The notes under the pieces were generated by a model. That model saw only the letters and a program-made list of their open reading frames with translations. It had not been told where the DNA came from and did not search any database. A DNA stretch of 61,262 nt, filler included, from Sphacelaria rigidula (lineage: Eukaryota), in the NCBI GenBank assembly GCA_964200075.2. It is 5 parts of 5 records of this genome, joined end to end, with 100 filler letters (N's around TTAATTAATTAA, not from the genome) between each part and the next. Parts side by side here need not be neighbours in the genome. Positions count along the whole stretch, not along the records: positions 24,547 to 36,718 come from CAXNAA020004047.1; positions 36,819 to 48,990 come from CAXNAA020004048.1; 3 more parts are not named here. One strand, 5' to 3'. Made by a program: the position numbers and the translations under genes. Below are positions 25,873-40,416 of this stretch, piece by piece (position 1 is the stretch's first letter; every line of letters begins with the position of its first letter).

Positions 25873-28800
25873 TTATCCCTCAAAAGTTTCGCCCCGGTTG
25901 ACAGACGTGAACGGAGGTATCTGCTGGGGTTGATCTTGGGCGCTCTCGAGAACTTCCTCTTGGTCTACCCCTTGTAGGCAGTGTGAGCTCCCACCTCCTG
26001 TTGTATTTTTGATCCCCTGCAAGCATCACGAACAACGCAGCACTTGAGTCCAAACACATGGCACAAGGCGTTGTTGTTGCAGATGCGGCGTGTCAGCTGG
26101 CGCGTGAGATGGAAACGGCGGCAGCAGACGAGCCGCCGGTGACGCAGACCACACATGATTCAGAAAGCACAATTGCGACGGGAAAAAAAACATTTTCAAC
26201 AAAGTATACACCGTGAATCGAGTGCATGGCAGAAATTAAGCAGCAATATCTCCGCTCCGTAAAGCTACGTGCCTCAGTGACCGGACATTTGGGGCTGCAG
26301 CTCCCGCTCGGCAACGGGGATATCGTGATGTTGGCAGCAGCAGTCCTTGAGCGTGCGACTAACCCCACAGGGCTCCGATTGCCCTGACGTTGAGAGGAGA
26401 AGCGAAAGAGGAAGGAAAGTGTGCAGACTTTCACATCTGAAGGCGCTGAGAGGGAAGTTTGCCTGCTGGTAAAACCGCTTGTACAATGGTTGGTCGTCCA
26501 CCACGTGCAGCTCACTCATCGCGACTCCGAGCTGAAGTCTGTGGCTGAAGTTCGATAGCGACACCAAATGTAGCGGTGACTCTCGATATCAACAGCGATG
26601 GCATAATCAGAATCCAACAGCTTGGTGGGATGTAACCATGAGAAAAAAAACGCAATAACAAGAGCCCGGGTTTTGCATTTGACATCCTTGTCCACCCGCG
26701 GGAAATATAACGCAACAAAGTAAGCTAAAGTCATCTCATACACGGTGATACATGGAACATACTGCGAGAGAGTACCATTGCTCTTGCGAAGCTCCCGGTC
26801 TTTCCCCACGGAGCATCCCCAACCTTGGGTAAACTGCCTCACACCTTGAGCCTGCGGACTTCGCGTTCAAGTCTCAATACATCGCTCCCAACTCTTCGCA
26901 TTTCCGCGTCGTGCGCAAGCCTTAGTCGCCGCAGGGCGTCGTTTTTCTCAGCGACGGCGCGTATCGAAGTATCGTTCGCTCTCGCCGCTGTCTCTGCACG
27001 CAGCTTTGCGTTTGCGTTTCATCCGCAGAGATCCGTATGTACCACGTACGTATATCGTCGGCATCGATTGTGATATAGACGGGAACAAAAATACGGGATG
27101 GGTATTTTAACGGGGAAGAACAAGGCGTTCCAACACATACGCGTAAGTGGCACAATGAAACCGCTGCTTGGGCGGGCATTAATCCTCGACAAGAGTTCCT
27201 GTACATACTTTGGAGGCACCAACTCGACGATGCCAGCGACTGCTAGCCGAAAGAGACAGAAACAAAATACACGCGTCCCGGGATGGAAAAACACGAACGC
27301 AAGCGGAAAAAGTAACTACGGCAGGCAGAAACCTCGAAAGGTATTCCCAGAGAATCGTGGCTTGGTATGGGTTCCCGTGCGCATGCAAACGCAGCGACCT
27401 GTTCAAGTGGATCATCAAAGCGATTGCCTTTTGTGTAGATGTCTGAATGCATGCCTCCTTCATACCTGCGATACTTGGGCGTAGCACAGCTAACACTACC
27501 AACGCGACAAGGCAGACGAGCTCTACCACGACGACGGTTGAGAATAATCTCACTGCAATGTAATAAATATGTAGTTTTTTTTAAATAGCGTGAAATAGCG
27601 CGTGGTAACCTAGGCGGGTCCGCCGATCAGTATGGTTCCCATTACACCAACCCATCTACTCAACCGCTTGCACATGAGACAGAAGTATGGGCAATGCCCA
27701 GTCCGATTATAGAAAACGGGGTACTCTTCGTTTGGCAAATTCCTGCGTCACCTCTTCCATTTCCCGGTGCCACTGATCTCGAGCGGCGTCCATCAGCTTC
27801 TTCTTTTCTCGATGCACTCTTAAGACAGCATCTCGATGTTGATCCTTAGGCCGTGAGAGATACAACGGAAGCGTTAATGAACCCGAAAGCGTGCGTAGTT
27901 TTCGAAAGTAGATCGTTCGCTTACATACGCCTGATGAACCCAACGAACCCCGAGCAAGCACACATAAATCACTTGATCACTTTACTCTAGCGAAAACACG
28001 AGCTACACAAAACTTTCCTAGTTTCCTCGAGCCCTCTCGACAGGTCAAATATATCAAGCTTGCACTAGGCACCCGTCCACGACCGGACTGACACGAAATA
28101 CCCAACGATAATTCATGAGTTCCTCACTTTTCTCGCCTTTCCATTGTGTCACCTACCTCCAAACGATCTACTTCTTCTAAGTGTTCCTTGCGATCGAGCT
28201 CTGACTTGGTCCTAAGTTCTTGGAGCACATCTTCTTGGCTCTTTCTAGCCTTTTCCACTTCCTGAGGAAAATGGCACATTAAACGCGGTACATGCGGAGC
28301 ATGATTCGTGTAATGTTAGTCCGGGGGACAGCGCCGAGTTAGAAGGGAGAAGAAAAAAACAAAACAAAAAACTGGATAATAGATTACATCGTCAAAAAAT
28401 GTACTGCGTACAGTATGGAATATATTGTCTATTGCAATAGACGCAATAGTCGATACTATACGCAGTACACTTTTTGACGATGTAATTCCTTGTCCACGGT
28501 GTGAAAAAAAACATCGCAGCGGCAATGTTCGGAAGTGTGCCACTACCACTTGCACCACAAGATCACCTGCGCGATAACGGCGTACGAGGAAGCAACTGAC
28601 CTCGGCAAATGCGCTCTTGGCTCCCACTTCCAAACGTTTCCGCCGGCCACGCTCTTCAAGTGCTCGTTTCTCGGCCGCTTCGGCCTTCGACTTCCAAGAT
28701 CGAACCTGCGCCTCGGCGGCATCTTTCATCGTTTGTGCCTGGATGAATCGGTTGAGGAAGATGCTCAGTGGTACTCAGTGGTATATACTTGAAAAGCACA

Positions 28801-31800
28801 TCGAACACATGAATCCAAAGACCAAGTGTCCATGAGAGGACACGGCAGCAAAACGTGGGAACGTTGTGAATGTTTTTCGTGATAATCGGCTTCAGGCATA
28901 ACCAGAAATAAATTACCAACCCGTCATAATATCTAGCTACCGCGCTGCAGAGGAATGCAGCGAGTACCCACCAACTCATATCCGGTATTTCGAGCCGTAG
29001 TGTGTATCAACACATGGAGCACTCTAATATTTTGTGCACCCGGCAGTCGTGCCTCGGGTGCACAACCCTCACACGGCACGTGAGAGAGGAATCTGATTTC
29101 GACAGGATATTCAGAGCAAAGGTACCATCGGCGACGCTTGAAGACGAAACGACCGCTGATGTTAGTTACTACCGCGCCTGCCGCGAAATGGCAAACAACG
29201 GATACACACGGCCGGATTCTGCGCATCTGTTGCAGTTTGCAAGGTTGTGTTCTGTGGGGTTACGGGTATGTTCGGTAGGATATGAGATTTCTCACAGAAC
29301 TTACAGAACTGTCGGATACCTGTGTGAAAGTCTTACAGGACTTACAGAACTGTTCGGGTACCTGAATGACCTTCGTACAGGGCTCACAGAACCTGTCGGG
29401 TACGGTATTGCGGTTGTGCAGAAACCCTTACCTGCCACCGGTCATATCTACAAGGCATACCCGTGCCCCAGGTAGGGGTGGATACATTGTACAGATCGTA
29501 CAGAACTGTCGGGTACCGACATGGGAGGCTTATAAAACTTGCTTAACTGTGAAGTAAGGGTATGGGAAACTTACAGCACTTGCAGAACATGTTGAGCACG
29601 GGTCAGACCCGGGTAAAGACCCCGTGCATACAAAAGATGTTACCATACGAAACAACATAGACCTCAAATATTCCGAAACCATGCTTTGAGACATGATCGT
29701 GTGTGCGCGTGGTTGGGTGCGGGTTCGATCATGGTCTTTCCCTTCCCCTGGAATTACCCTGGGGACGTGTGAAGAGGAAAACAAATCCAAGGCTATGTTC
29801 TGTAGGGTAAGGGTATGTTCGGTAGGGTACGATAATTCCTACAGAACTTACAGAACTGTCGGGTACCGGTATGGGCGTCTTACAGAACTGAACGAACCGA
29901 TCGTGTAGGGCATGGAGGTTGTACAGAAATCCTTACCCGCGACCGGGCATTTTTTCAAGGGTATACCCGTGCCCTGAGTAAGGGTAAACGTGTCGGACAG
30001 ATCTCACAGAACTGTCGGGTACCGGTATGGGTCGCTTACAGAACTTACAGAATTGTCGTGTATCGGTATGAGAGGCGTACAGAACTCACAGAACTTTCGG
30101 GTACGGGTAATACCCGGCTCAACACCCCGGGTGTTGAAAAAATGTACCCTACAGAACGATACCTTGGATATTTTGCGTCCGATCAACCCCTATCGTAACC
30201 GCATGCCGTCGCTGGGTCTCACTGCCGTGAAAGCTATCACTGTACTGACTGCCTCTAGTACACGTCCAGTGATATTGCGTTACGGTGCAACGGCGTCGCA
30301 GCGTACCTCACCTCTCGAGAAGCCGTCTCCTCAGCCCGAGCTCTGTCCTCCGTCGCACGCCGCTGAAAATCCTCAGTCGCTCGCCTTATGCTGGCCTTCT
30401 CTTCTGCCCATCCTCGTTGCAGCGCTTGCTTCTGCAACAAATAACCACCATAGTATCGAGAATGCGGGAGGTCCAGCAACGTAAACTGGATTTAGGCGAT
30501 TAGAGGATGGGTGCTTGACCCGCTGGAAAACGTACATGGTAAGCTAGTAACACTTGATTTTATTTGCGTTGTTCCGTGCAAATAAGTAATTTGTAAGTCG
30601 TGCACTAATTGTCACATAGCCGAGACACAACCTAGGTCACAAGTTTTTCTGCATCCTCATTTGGTCACCTGGTGTTCTTGTGCTTGCTCTGCCTCCTGTC
30701 TTGACTTTTCGGCGGCCTCTCGAAAGTTTCTTTTGCCCCTCTCTAAGTCCGATTTCGCAGATGACAGTTGCGAGAGTAGGGCTTCCCTGATTCACGCGGT
30801 CACAACGAGCAATGATCGGATCCCCTTTGTCTGTACGCAACCGTAGAAAGAGCAGGCTGAGCCAATTGACGTCGCGAACACCTGACAAGTTGACTTGGTA
30901 CTGAAAACTCTCCCTGTCCGCACCTTTCTTGGTTCCACCGTTCCTCTGCAGCTTTTGATTCTTTAGCCATGGCTTCTTCCTTCTCCTTCAGCTCCTTTCC
31001 CGCCTCGTCTAGTTGCTTATTCATGCGGGACCTCTCTGCGCCAACAGCAACACGGGTCATGTTGTGCGCTCCCTGCCCTCGAGTGGAAAGCGCAACACCG
31101 AACATTCTCTCGTATGGGGCGACCTATGCATACGATCCCTGTGACTTCGACGTAGATACTGTCTAGGCGTTTGTGGCGGCATCTGTATGTGTACAAGCTC
31201 AGTATCAGCGCTCGGTTTAGCCGTATTGCCATCCAAATTTCCAAGGATTCGTGCCATGGAATCCCATGCTCGTTATCTTCGAATATACAACAAGGCTCCA
31301 CAACCCATCAGCAATCTGCACAACCTTGAGAGGAAGTAACCCCCCCCCCCCCTCCCCCCTTTACTCAATACAATATAGTCCTGATTTTTTCCGACCCTGC
31401 GCGCTCCGTACCGCACGAACCCCGCGCAGCTGTTCCTGGAAGAGTCTCTTGAGAGTGCGCTCTCTCCGCATGCACTCCTCCTCCACATGTAAACACCGCA
31501 GAGCTATCCGCTCGCTAAGACGGACCACGCGCTTCTCTGTCGCTTCCACCTCCCACGCCGCTTCCCTAGCCTCCCGTGCATCCTCCTCGTAGACGCCTTC
31601 CGCTCCGTGTCGTTCACGCGCATCTTCGTCTCCCCTGCTCTCTTGTTCGCCCATCACCCCCTTTCCATCACCGATTGGCGACTCCGCCCCGTGCATCTGT
31701 GTGCTCTGACTGGTTAACCCGGCTCTTGCATTTACGTTCTCGTGACACCTTCTGTCTTTGAAGCGGTGATCACCACTGCAATTCCCACTGCCAGGTGCTG

Positions 31801-34800
31801 TGTTTGATCGATGCGGCAGGTTCCCAGCCAAGTTAATCCCCGCATCGTCACAATCGGCCCGGAAACTTGTAGCTTGAGGTGGGGGCGGAAATTGCACCGG
31901 AGGTTGTTCCGTGTGCTGCACGCTAGTAGTGCTGGTTTGATGTCGAGGTGGTGGCCTCTTTAGATGCTCACTTGACTGTTGAGCGTGGAATGATCGGGGG
32001 TTGGAGCAGCCAGAATAGGTACAGGTTTGGTCATGGAGATGTCCGTGGGAGTTATGATGGCCGGAAAGAAGTCGTGCCATCCTTTGCCGTAGGGTCGCTT
32101 CTCTTGCGTCTGGAGGAGAGGAGGTTTCGGTTGAAAACAAAACATCCTGCAGATTCGATACAGTGGTTGAGTTTACCCATGGAACAGGACGGCAGCGTGC
32201 TTTCTTTAGGGTGCATGCATCTCCAAATATTTGTCTTCGCCTATGGTAGTTGTATGAGCACCTGTGTACAGCGATGGCCGGCAATAACTGTGTTGCTCAC
32301 CCCCCTGGCAGCTGGGCGATGGCCATACTAGGAGAGAGATGGCGGCCTCAGACGGTGAAACAGGACGGGGATAAGATGTGTGAAAGGTTTTTGTATAATC
32401 CATTGAGTAAGAGTAATGAGCACCGAAAAGTTGGAGGTGTCTCTATTAGCAGTAGGAAAGGTGCTCCATCTCGAAAGGGATGCGTGGTCAATGGTCAAAC
32501 GACCAAGGCACGCAACAAATGAGCACGCCCTCCTAACCCTCTTCCCTGGCGGCCGGAGACCAACACTACGGTATGCTGTGCTTGTGGAACTGAATGGTTA
32601 GGCATGCCGTATAGTGCTACTACGCGCTACGCAGCAGTAGTCAATATAGCCGTGCGAAAACTATTGATACTCCCACCTTACTCGCCTTAAAAGTGTACCA
32701 CGCTGAGCAAACTATAAATTGATTGTTTGTCGCACACGAACTGATCGTAGGTGTACCGAGGTTACCGTGTTCGAAAACGGAATACTTCATACCAGTACTG
32801 CATCATCAAGGCTGATTGTTTCGATACAATCAACAAGTGCGTTCCAGTCAAATCATATTCTTTGTGATATCCGACAGACGATCTTTGTAGGATACTTTGT
32901 TATGCTAGTTCTGCAGTCTCAGCGAGGAGCTGAATGGTATCATTCATATTTCCCGATATCATTGCTGAAGACGACTGTGTTGAACGAAATACATGCACAT
33001 AATCTAAGCACGATGCATGACAATTGCTACTGCTACCTAAAGAAGGCATGCCGCACGCCACGCATCCATACAGGATGAGCCCACTAAATATTTACCTCGT
33101 CTGTCCAACGTGGGGACGCGGAAGTTTCCCCAGGCAAACGCTCCAGCCCTTGGACAGTCTCCAACACCCCCCCAAGCAGCTTCTCGGCGTCCCTAAGAGC
33201 ACCTACCCTCCGACGCCTTCTACACCGCTCGTGCGGCCTCGACCGCCCTCCAACGCCCAGCTGCTCCGCGTTCGAAACCGGTTCACGATGGCGGGCATGC
33301 GGTTGTCCCGGCATCGTGGCACAAGACCCCGCTACTCCTGCGCCAACATACGGACTACCTCGTCCTGGTTTCTGCCGGAGTTTGGTGCTAGATACCGGGA
33401 ATGTATGACGGGGCCGATCATAACCTTCAATGGGAGACTTCTCGGCTGCAGGACATCCGGAAACTGTACTTCGATGCCCTTCTAAGTCAAGAGTGGTGCG
33501 AGCTTGGCCACCCACGGCGGGATCTAAGCTGCGGTTTGGAGTTCCCATACCACTATCGCTGCGCGGGATCGTGCTAACTGTAGGTGCTCGCGTCGCTACA
33601 TATATGGATGGCTTATTGCTCGCTGCTTTTCCGCGTTCAAAGGTGCCGAGCTGCACCCCATACTCCTTGTCTCGAGGTTGCTCTATGTTCTCCATCCCTA
33701 GATCTGATAGTGGAGAAACATTGCGCTCTTTCCAGAATCGCGTTTCTTCCGTGTAGTAGTAGTCGTGCTGCACAGGGATTGCACTAGCACCACAGCCGCG
33801 AGGTATCGTCTCGGTTGTAGAATTCGCGAGTTCGGCCGTAGGCTCTGCAGCTATCCCAGTGTTGTTCACTGACCCCATGGTCGGTTGCTCCGACAGCGTA
33901 CGATGCACGACCCGTGTGTCCTGCGATGTCTGCGGCGGACCTTCCTTGGTTGTAATGTCGGATTGCCTCGTCCCTACTCGCTCGACTTCCACGCTCCCCG
34001 TTCTGCGCATGTAATGTTTCAGTGTATGCACATTGAGACAGGGAAAATGGTCATCCTGGCGCTTCTTTAATACCTGGGAAAATGAACTAAACCACTAACT
34101 GCGGTGAAAGGCTCGAGATAAACTTGAGCGTATCGCATGTCTGACAAACACGCGATTGTCAGGTGATACATATATATATATATATATACATGTATATATA
34201 TATAGTTGATGACAACAAAAATCTTGATGCCATGGCTCGACTAGAGGTAACGAACAAGTCAGGTGATTGTCCACCTTTCAGTGGATGTGGAAAGCAAAGT
34301 CAACTGGCAATCGCACCTGTGCAGCCGAATAACATGAGTTACGCTGGAGGCCAGTTCTTCTTTCGCTGCAGTCCGATGGGGCTCCTTAGATTCTGCGTCT
34401 GTGCGTCGCTTGGCGGATCGCTGGCAAGGAGTTGCGATACGTATTCAAGGGAAGGGGTCAACATGAAGAGGTTAGTAGAGGCAGCCTTCAAGAAAATTGT
34501 GAGAAATCGTCAACCGATGGACAACCGGAACCCGGCGACCTGACGACCCAGGGGCGGGAACGTAAACCGAAGCAACCAAAGAGTTGATGCAGATAAGGCG
34601 GGCTCACAGCATGCTTGATTTGAAATGTACGAAGGTTACTTGCCGAATCCGTAGTAACACGGGGAGAGCTGAGCTGTTCGTTGCCATTGCTCATTCGGTC
34701 CCCAGCTTGAAGGACCGACGCGCTCATGTAGGTATCATCACCCGTAGCGATGCTGCAGTCACCACTACCACGGACGAGCTGATCATCACCTCGAACATCT

Positions 34801-35000
34801 CCAGTGCGCTGTCCGGAGTCGTTGCGGGAGGTCTTGACCACAGTTTCGTGCTGCTGCCTAGCGAACGTAGATTCGGTGGTTGGATGTATGTACAAGCGCA
34901 ACCATACACGCTTATTTTTTCTGTGCCATGTGTACCTTTTGTCCGACGACAAAACAGCAGTTTTCGGGACTGACACTTCTAGCTTGTATTCAAGGCCCAT
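25873..35000 (-). CDS. Multi-exon gene for an uncharacterised protein with a low-complexity N-terminal half and a long coiled-coil C-terminal half
   Basis: Phase-consistent GT-AG exons: (35000/~34858-34608), 34485-34343, 34002-33096, 32146-31396, 31035-30924, 30786-30669, 30431-30312, 28738-28601, 28261-28157, 27844-27752, 27003-26845, 26016-25873 (TAA). E/K/R/A heptad-like peptides such as KQLDEAGKELKEKEEAMAKESKAAEERW. First and last exons are less certain. Confidence 0.72.
28371..28503. mobile_element. Fully palindromic (foldback) MITE
   Basis: ATTACATCGTCAAAAAATGTACTGCGTACAGTAT...ATACTATACGCAGTACACTTTTTGACGATGTAAT, centred on TTGCAA. Homologous to 52077-52210. Confidence 0.75.
29240..29630. 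repeat. Non-autonomous element with reiterated ACAGAACT(TACAGAA)/GGGTA motifs (copy 1, truncated)
   Basis: Starts CAAGGTTGTGTTCTGTGGGGTTACGGGTATGTTCGGTAG and is collinear with 29788-30166. Confidence 0.7.
29788..30166. mobile_element. MITE with TIR and reiterated ACAGAACT motifs (copy 2)
   Basis: TIR CAAGGCTATGTTCTGTAGGGTA / TACCCTACAGAACGATACCTTG. No clean TSD. Confidence 0.7.
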
Positions 35001-35156
35001 GCGTTATGTTTTGCAACGGAATAAATAGGACCCATGCAACACCTTTTACCTTCTACTTTGGTAGCATGTCCTCTAATCATGAGGCAGTGTGTAGCTTTGA
35101 ATGTTGAGTTAGGGTTGTTTTGGCCAAATTCACTGCAGGCATTTTCCCGTCCGCTC

Positions 35157-35350
35157 CGAGGATGTGTATCGGACTGACACAACGTATCGACATTTCGATT
35201 AATGGAGATATCATTGATTGTATCACTGACATTTTCAGAAACCGATACATTGAAAAGTATCGATATACTGATGTATCGGTATATCGGGGCGACACGTATC
35301 GATACTTCAGGGAGCGGGGAACGATTTTTCGATGTATCGTGTCAGCATGG
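35157..35350. repeat. MITE-like repeat with reiterated TATCGATA motifs
   Basis: Multiple GTATCG/CGATAC motifs; inner inverted repeat CTGACAC...GTGTCAG. Confidence 0.45.
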
Positions 35351-36718
35351 GCCGAAAAACCAACTTGTGCAAGCTGTTCGGTGATAATATACATTGATTT
35401 GAGTATTGTTTCCCGGCCGACCTCGGGCGGACTCTCCAACGATATGCAGTAGCTATTTGGCTTCAACACGGTCAATACATACTTGAAGTTAGTCTCTTGG
35501 TAATTAATGTTACGCTTGGTGAACTTTCTTTCTCCATGCACCGATAAACGCCTCGGTACTTTTCGTCGATTATGAGAAAGCATTGCGCGTTTCGGCTGGA
35601 GTCTGCCCACATAGATTTTCATATCACAAGATCAAACTACAGCGCTCAACGAGCACAGGCAACCGAAGGAGAGGTTGAAACATGTACGTCAGGTAGAGAG
35701 CTCAGTGCGACCGTCGGGTTGGCGTCGTATGAGTTCGTGCGCGACCAGTAACGTAGAAAATTGTCCCCGGTGAATGAAATGAAACAACGCAGGAAGATAT
35801 CTCAAGTAATCTGGAGAAATGGATGTTTCAGTGCGAGATATCTCCATGGGTTTAACTGCCCCTCGTGAAAATTGAGAAATACATGGAAGGTTCCAAGGGT
35901 CGGACAAATCAATGATTCGTTTGGAAATTACTTGGTTTCAGTGTCATTGATTCGAGTCGTACGAATCAATCCCTAGGCTTTGTTTTCAGAGTTGCAACCC
36001 AGGTACACGCAGCCCAGACACATGGAATGACGCGAAAGTTGCGTGGATACCGCTTGAACCAGCGGTCAACTTTCCTCTCCCTCTTGGGCAATCAGGCCGA
36101 AGAAATTGTGGATTTGGTGATTTGAAACTGTGATGATTCGTCCTAACCGTGAAAGGTTCGGTCGAAAATCGTGCTCCAATTCATTTTCGTACAGACTGCG
36201 TATCAACTCCTATGTGTAGCTCTGGTTCGCAACTATTACCTCGTCATGTTCTGACTCAATGCGACATCCTCAACAACGACGGCCTAAGATGAGCAGTAAA
36301 CATATCTCTGCAGTATCGCATGGTCTGGTACGGCGGGGTGAATAATTAAGTGCAATGGCCTAGAAAAGGCATACCTTCTCGTTTTTTGCCTAAGAAAAGT
36401 ATGAAAAATGGCCAGAAACGCCAAAACAGCCAAATACGCCATTTTTACCATTTTCGTTCCGGATGTTCCACGCGCGTCATTCGGGGGGGGGCATTGGCAC
36501 CCGGAACTCGGAAAAAAACGGTAAAAAGTCATGTTACTCGAGAGATATGGGCACGCGAAAACGGACACGTCGCCTCCAGAAACCACTTACCTTTTGTAGG
36601 CCACATTTCGCCGAGGAATACCTGATCTAGGAGTTCTTTTTCAGTCGTACCTCATCTGGGCCACCGATCGGCCGACAACGTACCTCTGCTAGGCCATCGC
36701 TCTCTACACGGTACCGGG

Positions 36719-36818
36719 NNNNNNNNNNNNNNNNNNNNNNNNNNNNNNNNNNNNNNNNNNNNTTAATTAATTAANNNNNNNNNNNNNNNNNNNNNNNNNN
36801 NNNNNNNNNNNNNNNNNN
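36719..36818. other. Artificial linker
   Basis: N44-TTAATTAATTAA-N44. Confidence 0.98.
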
Positions 36819-37391
36819 AGAGACCAGAGATCCCCGTTCCAGATTTTGTCAACGGAGGGGGTGAGGTGGAGCCGGAATCATCATCATCATCATCATCATT
36901 TTCAACGCTAACATCAGTGCCGACGCCGACACCAGCACAGACGCCGAAACCTACGCCGACGCTCACATCGGCATCGGACACTGCCTCGTCGCCCGCACTG
37001 TCACCCTCTTCCACGGGTCCCTCCCAAGATGGCGGGGGCGGCGGCGACGCTTCTCAACTCCAGAGGACCGAGCAACGCCGTCTTGCGTGGGCTGACCGGG
37101 TACCGACACCAAGGGCGGGGCGTACGAGGAGCCAAACGCGCGAGGCAATGCGGTCGGTGCACGCACGAGACGACACGCTGGTGGCTGGCGGAGCGGAGGA
37201 AAGCAAGAAGGGAGCGGAAATGGCGCTGGCGGAAATGGTGGAGGACAAAGCTCAACCATGGAGTTGATTACCGCGGCAGCAGGACAGGTGCCTGGGCAAG
37301 ACGCAATCGTTTCGACTCAACACGAGTTAGCTGAAAATGATTTTTTTGTTTTATTGCTGAGGAAAGCAGGGAAAGGCAGCCTGAATTCGGT

Positions 37392-38991
37392 TTGCGTTCA
37401 CCAGTTGGCCTACACGTAAGCGAAATAAAGGCAGCACCAACAGGTATGGATGACATTACCAAGTCAGAATTTCGAGAGGCATGGTTAGGCGCGATGCAGG
37501 CCGAGCTAGGAGGTCACGAAAAGGCCAGAACATTTTCGACTGGCCCTGTACCGGAAGCAGCAAACGTGATTTCAGCGAAGTGCATTTTTAGTCGGAAGAC
37601 TGACGCAGACAGTACTGTAACGAAGGCAAAGGCGAGGATGGTAGCGCGAGGATTTGGACAACGTTTTGCAGTCGACTATTTCGAGACTTTCGCGGCAACA
37701 CCCTCTATGGCCTCCATCAAACTGGTCATGGCAGTGGCAGTTCAGAAAGAGTGGCCGCTGTACCATTTTGATGTGACACAGGCTTTTGTTCAAGCGGAAA
37801 TGGATACTGATGTATACATGAGGTTGCCTGAAGGTTACCCCGTTTTGACAGACGTGGCCGTAAAGCTTGAAAAATCTATTTACGGGATCAAGCAAGCAGG
37901 CAGGCAGTGGTCTCGTCTCCTGTGTCAAACTTTACTGGAGGATGTCGGGATGGTGCAGTGCGAAGCTGATCCATGTATTTTCAAGATGGAGGATGCAGGA
38001 GACGTGCGTGTGATTTTAGTCCTCCATGTGGACGACATCCTTCTCCGTGGTTCTGAGGAATATGTAGGAAAGGTGGGCCAAATCCTCAACAAAAAGTTCC
38101 CCACGAACAATTTCGGAGAGGTAACCTGGTACATGGGGTGCGCAGTGGATAGAGACTGGGAGAGAGGCACGCTGTCTGTAACGCAAACCACGTTCACGGA
38201 CACGCTCTTGAAGCGTTTTGAGGTGAGGGGGGGTACTCGGAAATCCCTGCCTCTGTTTCTGTAAAGTTGAGGCCGACAACGGGCGAAGACAAAAAAGTGA
38301 ACCGCCCATACCGTAACGCAGTGGGAGGGTTGATGTGGCTGGCAACAGTCACCAGACTCGACATCGCGAATTCGGTACGAGCGCTTGCTCGGCAGTCGCA
38401 TGACCCATGCGAGAGGCACTGGGAAGCCGTTATGAAAGTGTTGAAGTACCTAAATGAGACGAAAGGTTTTGGACTTACGTTCAAGAAAGCTCATGATGGG
38501 CTTCCAGCCTACTGCGATGCAGATTACGCCAGGAAGGAAACGGATAGGAGTTCGGTTTCAGGGGTAGCCGTGATGTACGGTGGTGTGGTAGTGTCGGCAA
38601 CGAGCCGCACGCAACACTGCGTAACTGTCAACTACGGAGGCAGAGTATGTTGCAATGGCCGAGGGGGCAAAGGAGGGATTGTTTGTGAAGGTAGTGTTGA
38701 CGTTTTTGCGACCGCAGACTGTGTCGGGAAGCGGGGAGAACCAAGGTATTCTTCTGTACGAGGACAACGAGGGAGCAAAAGCTCTGGCCGAAAATCCTCT
38801 CAGTTCCGAGAGGACTAAGCACATAGACGTGAGATATCACTTCATTCGAGAGCTGGTGGGGACGGGAAAGGTCAGGGTTGTACATGTAGGCTCAGGATGG
38901 TAGCATGCAGATATTTTGACGAAGCCTCTTTGGATCAGCCTGTTTACGAGGCACAGACGTTTTTTTTATGAACTTGGAAGGTGACAAGTAG
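37392..38991 (+). pseudogene. Copia reverse transcriptase + RNase H (frameshifted)
   Basis: KAKARMVARGFGQ, DYFETFA, FDVTQAFVQ, KSIYGIKQAGRQW, HVDD, YRNAVGGLMWLA, YCDADYA, EDNEGA, RTKHIDVRYHFIRE, HADILTKPL. Frameshifts at ~38235 and ~38630; stop at 38901-38903. Confidence 0.93.
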
Positions 38992-39281
38992 GTACGTTTT
39001 TTGTGTGTACCATTGTGCTCGTGCCGGGTATTTTTAGATGTTCAAGTGATGCATTTATGCGCATTTTGGGTTAAGCCACCCACGCTACTTTGAGGGGCAT
39101 GGGTTCTGTAGGGCCTTCCCTGACATGTCGTGTATCTGCCTTGACCGGCGTCCATGGATGATCTAGATGGAGCACAAGCTGTTGAGGGGAGGGGGTTTTT
39201 GCCCGGATGGCCGGGTTTCCCCCATGAAACGTTTTTTTGAAAGAGAAAGCCACGACGACTGATGTATCGGTTCAGAGGGGG

Positions 39282-39582
39282 TGTTCATGTGAACAGGTAC
39301 ACTGAGTGAACGTGCGCATGTGCGGATAGATTAATGCGGACGTGCGGGTATTGGTAGTCGAGTGTGTGTGACTACAGCACCCCGCTCACGGCAGCTACGA
39401 CGCTGCCTGCTGAGCTCACTCAACATCTGATCCCTCAGTCATAGGGTCGACTCGGTGTAGGCACTCTCCAATAATACAAAAGGTAAAACTATCTATCCTT
39501 AGCCACGGGCCACGGAATATGTCGCCACCAGTGCCACGTACGCCGGCAAGGGTCCGTGGCACTACCCACTGGTCACGCGACA
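39282..39582 (+). repeat. Putative 3' LTR of the Copia element (~301 bp)
   Basis: Begins TGTT directly after the polypurine tract and ends GACA. The 5' LTR is not in the window, so the right boundary is inferred. Confidence 0.6.
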
Positions 39583-40416
39583 GGAGCTTAATCTTCGACT
39601 GTCGAGATTTTCGAAGCGAAAATGTTCAGCTCCTAATCCTCACATATACAGCGAACGATAAACGACGCTTGTTTGCTGGATTTCTTCGAGCGTTCGTCCA
39701 TAACTGGGCGAAGATTGATGATGAGGCCGGCAGGATCCGTCGCAGCCTGCGTGAACAACTGTCACTGTACCCACTCTATCTAGCCGTCATCACACACCAG
39801 GGTGTGGAAAAAATGAAATGCCACGCACCGTGGGTATCCACCGTATCAATGCACACCAGGCCATCAGCTACTTCCCCTGCTGCAGCTGTGACTGTAACAC
39901 CTTCCTCTAATACCAATCTGCACATTTTTTAGTGTTTATCACCATGCTTTTGTGGATTGTCATGTTCGTATGATTGGGGCACACATTACGCAGATATGAC
40001 CGTGTTTGAGGCTTCACGTCAAAACTAAATGATGAGGGATCTCAAATCATTCGACTTGTGTTTGCTGCTGACTAAGTCAAGGCAGTGTCCAGCTGTTTCC
40101 AACTGCTTGGCTCCCATGTCCTCGTGACATTCGCTGCATAACCGCTGCCTTCGTGTTCCCAAATCATCGAGAACGCAAAGAAAATCACGGTGAAAAAATA
40201 CCCCGCCATGAGTGGGCTTTTGTGGTTCTGGTTCGAAGTTTTCCACGATCTTGAGGAAGGCTTTTGTGGTTCGAGATAAACACTCCGCAAAAAAGAGCCA
40301 GTGCGGGCGACTTTCGATGGCCAGAACACGCGCCACCGGTATCACATGATACCTAAACCTCACAGATAATGTACCGCTGCACCTTCTTCGTTCACTGCAA
40401 GACAAAGCGCGGTATA

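Larger units (their letters stand above)
36819..39582 (+). mobile_element. Ty1/Copia LTR retrotransposon, 3' half
   Basis: Post-integrase linker, RT, RNase H, polypurine tract AGAGGGGG (39274-39281), then a TG...CA LTR candidate. Confidence 0.9.

Noticed and set aside
29002..30484. 157-aa and 164-aa plus-strand ORFs
   Set aside because: They translate MITE repeat motifs or are antisense to real exons.
40025..40405. Fanzor/TnpB-like zinc ribbon (VLDDLGTRRQRLCSECHEDM)
   Set aside because: There is no second CxxC, no RDxNAA RuvC-III motif and no upstream RuvC-I motif.
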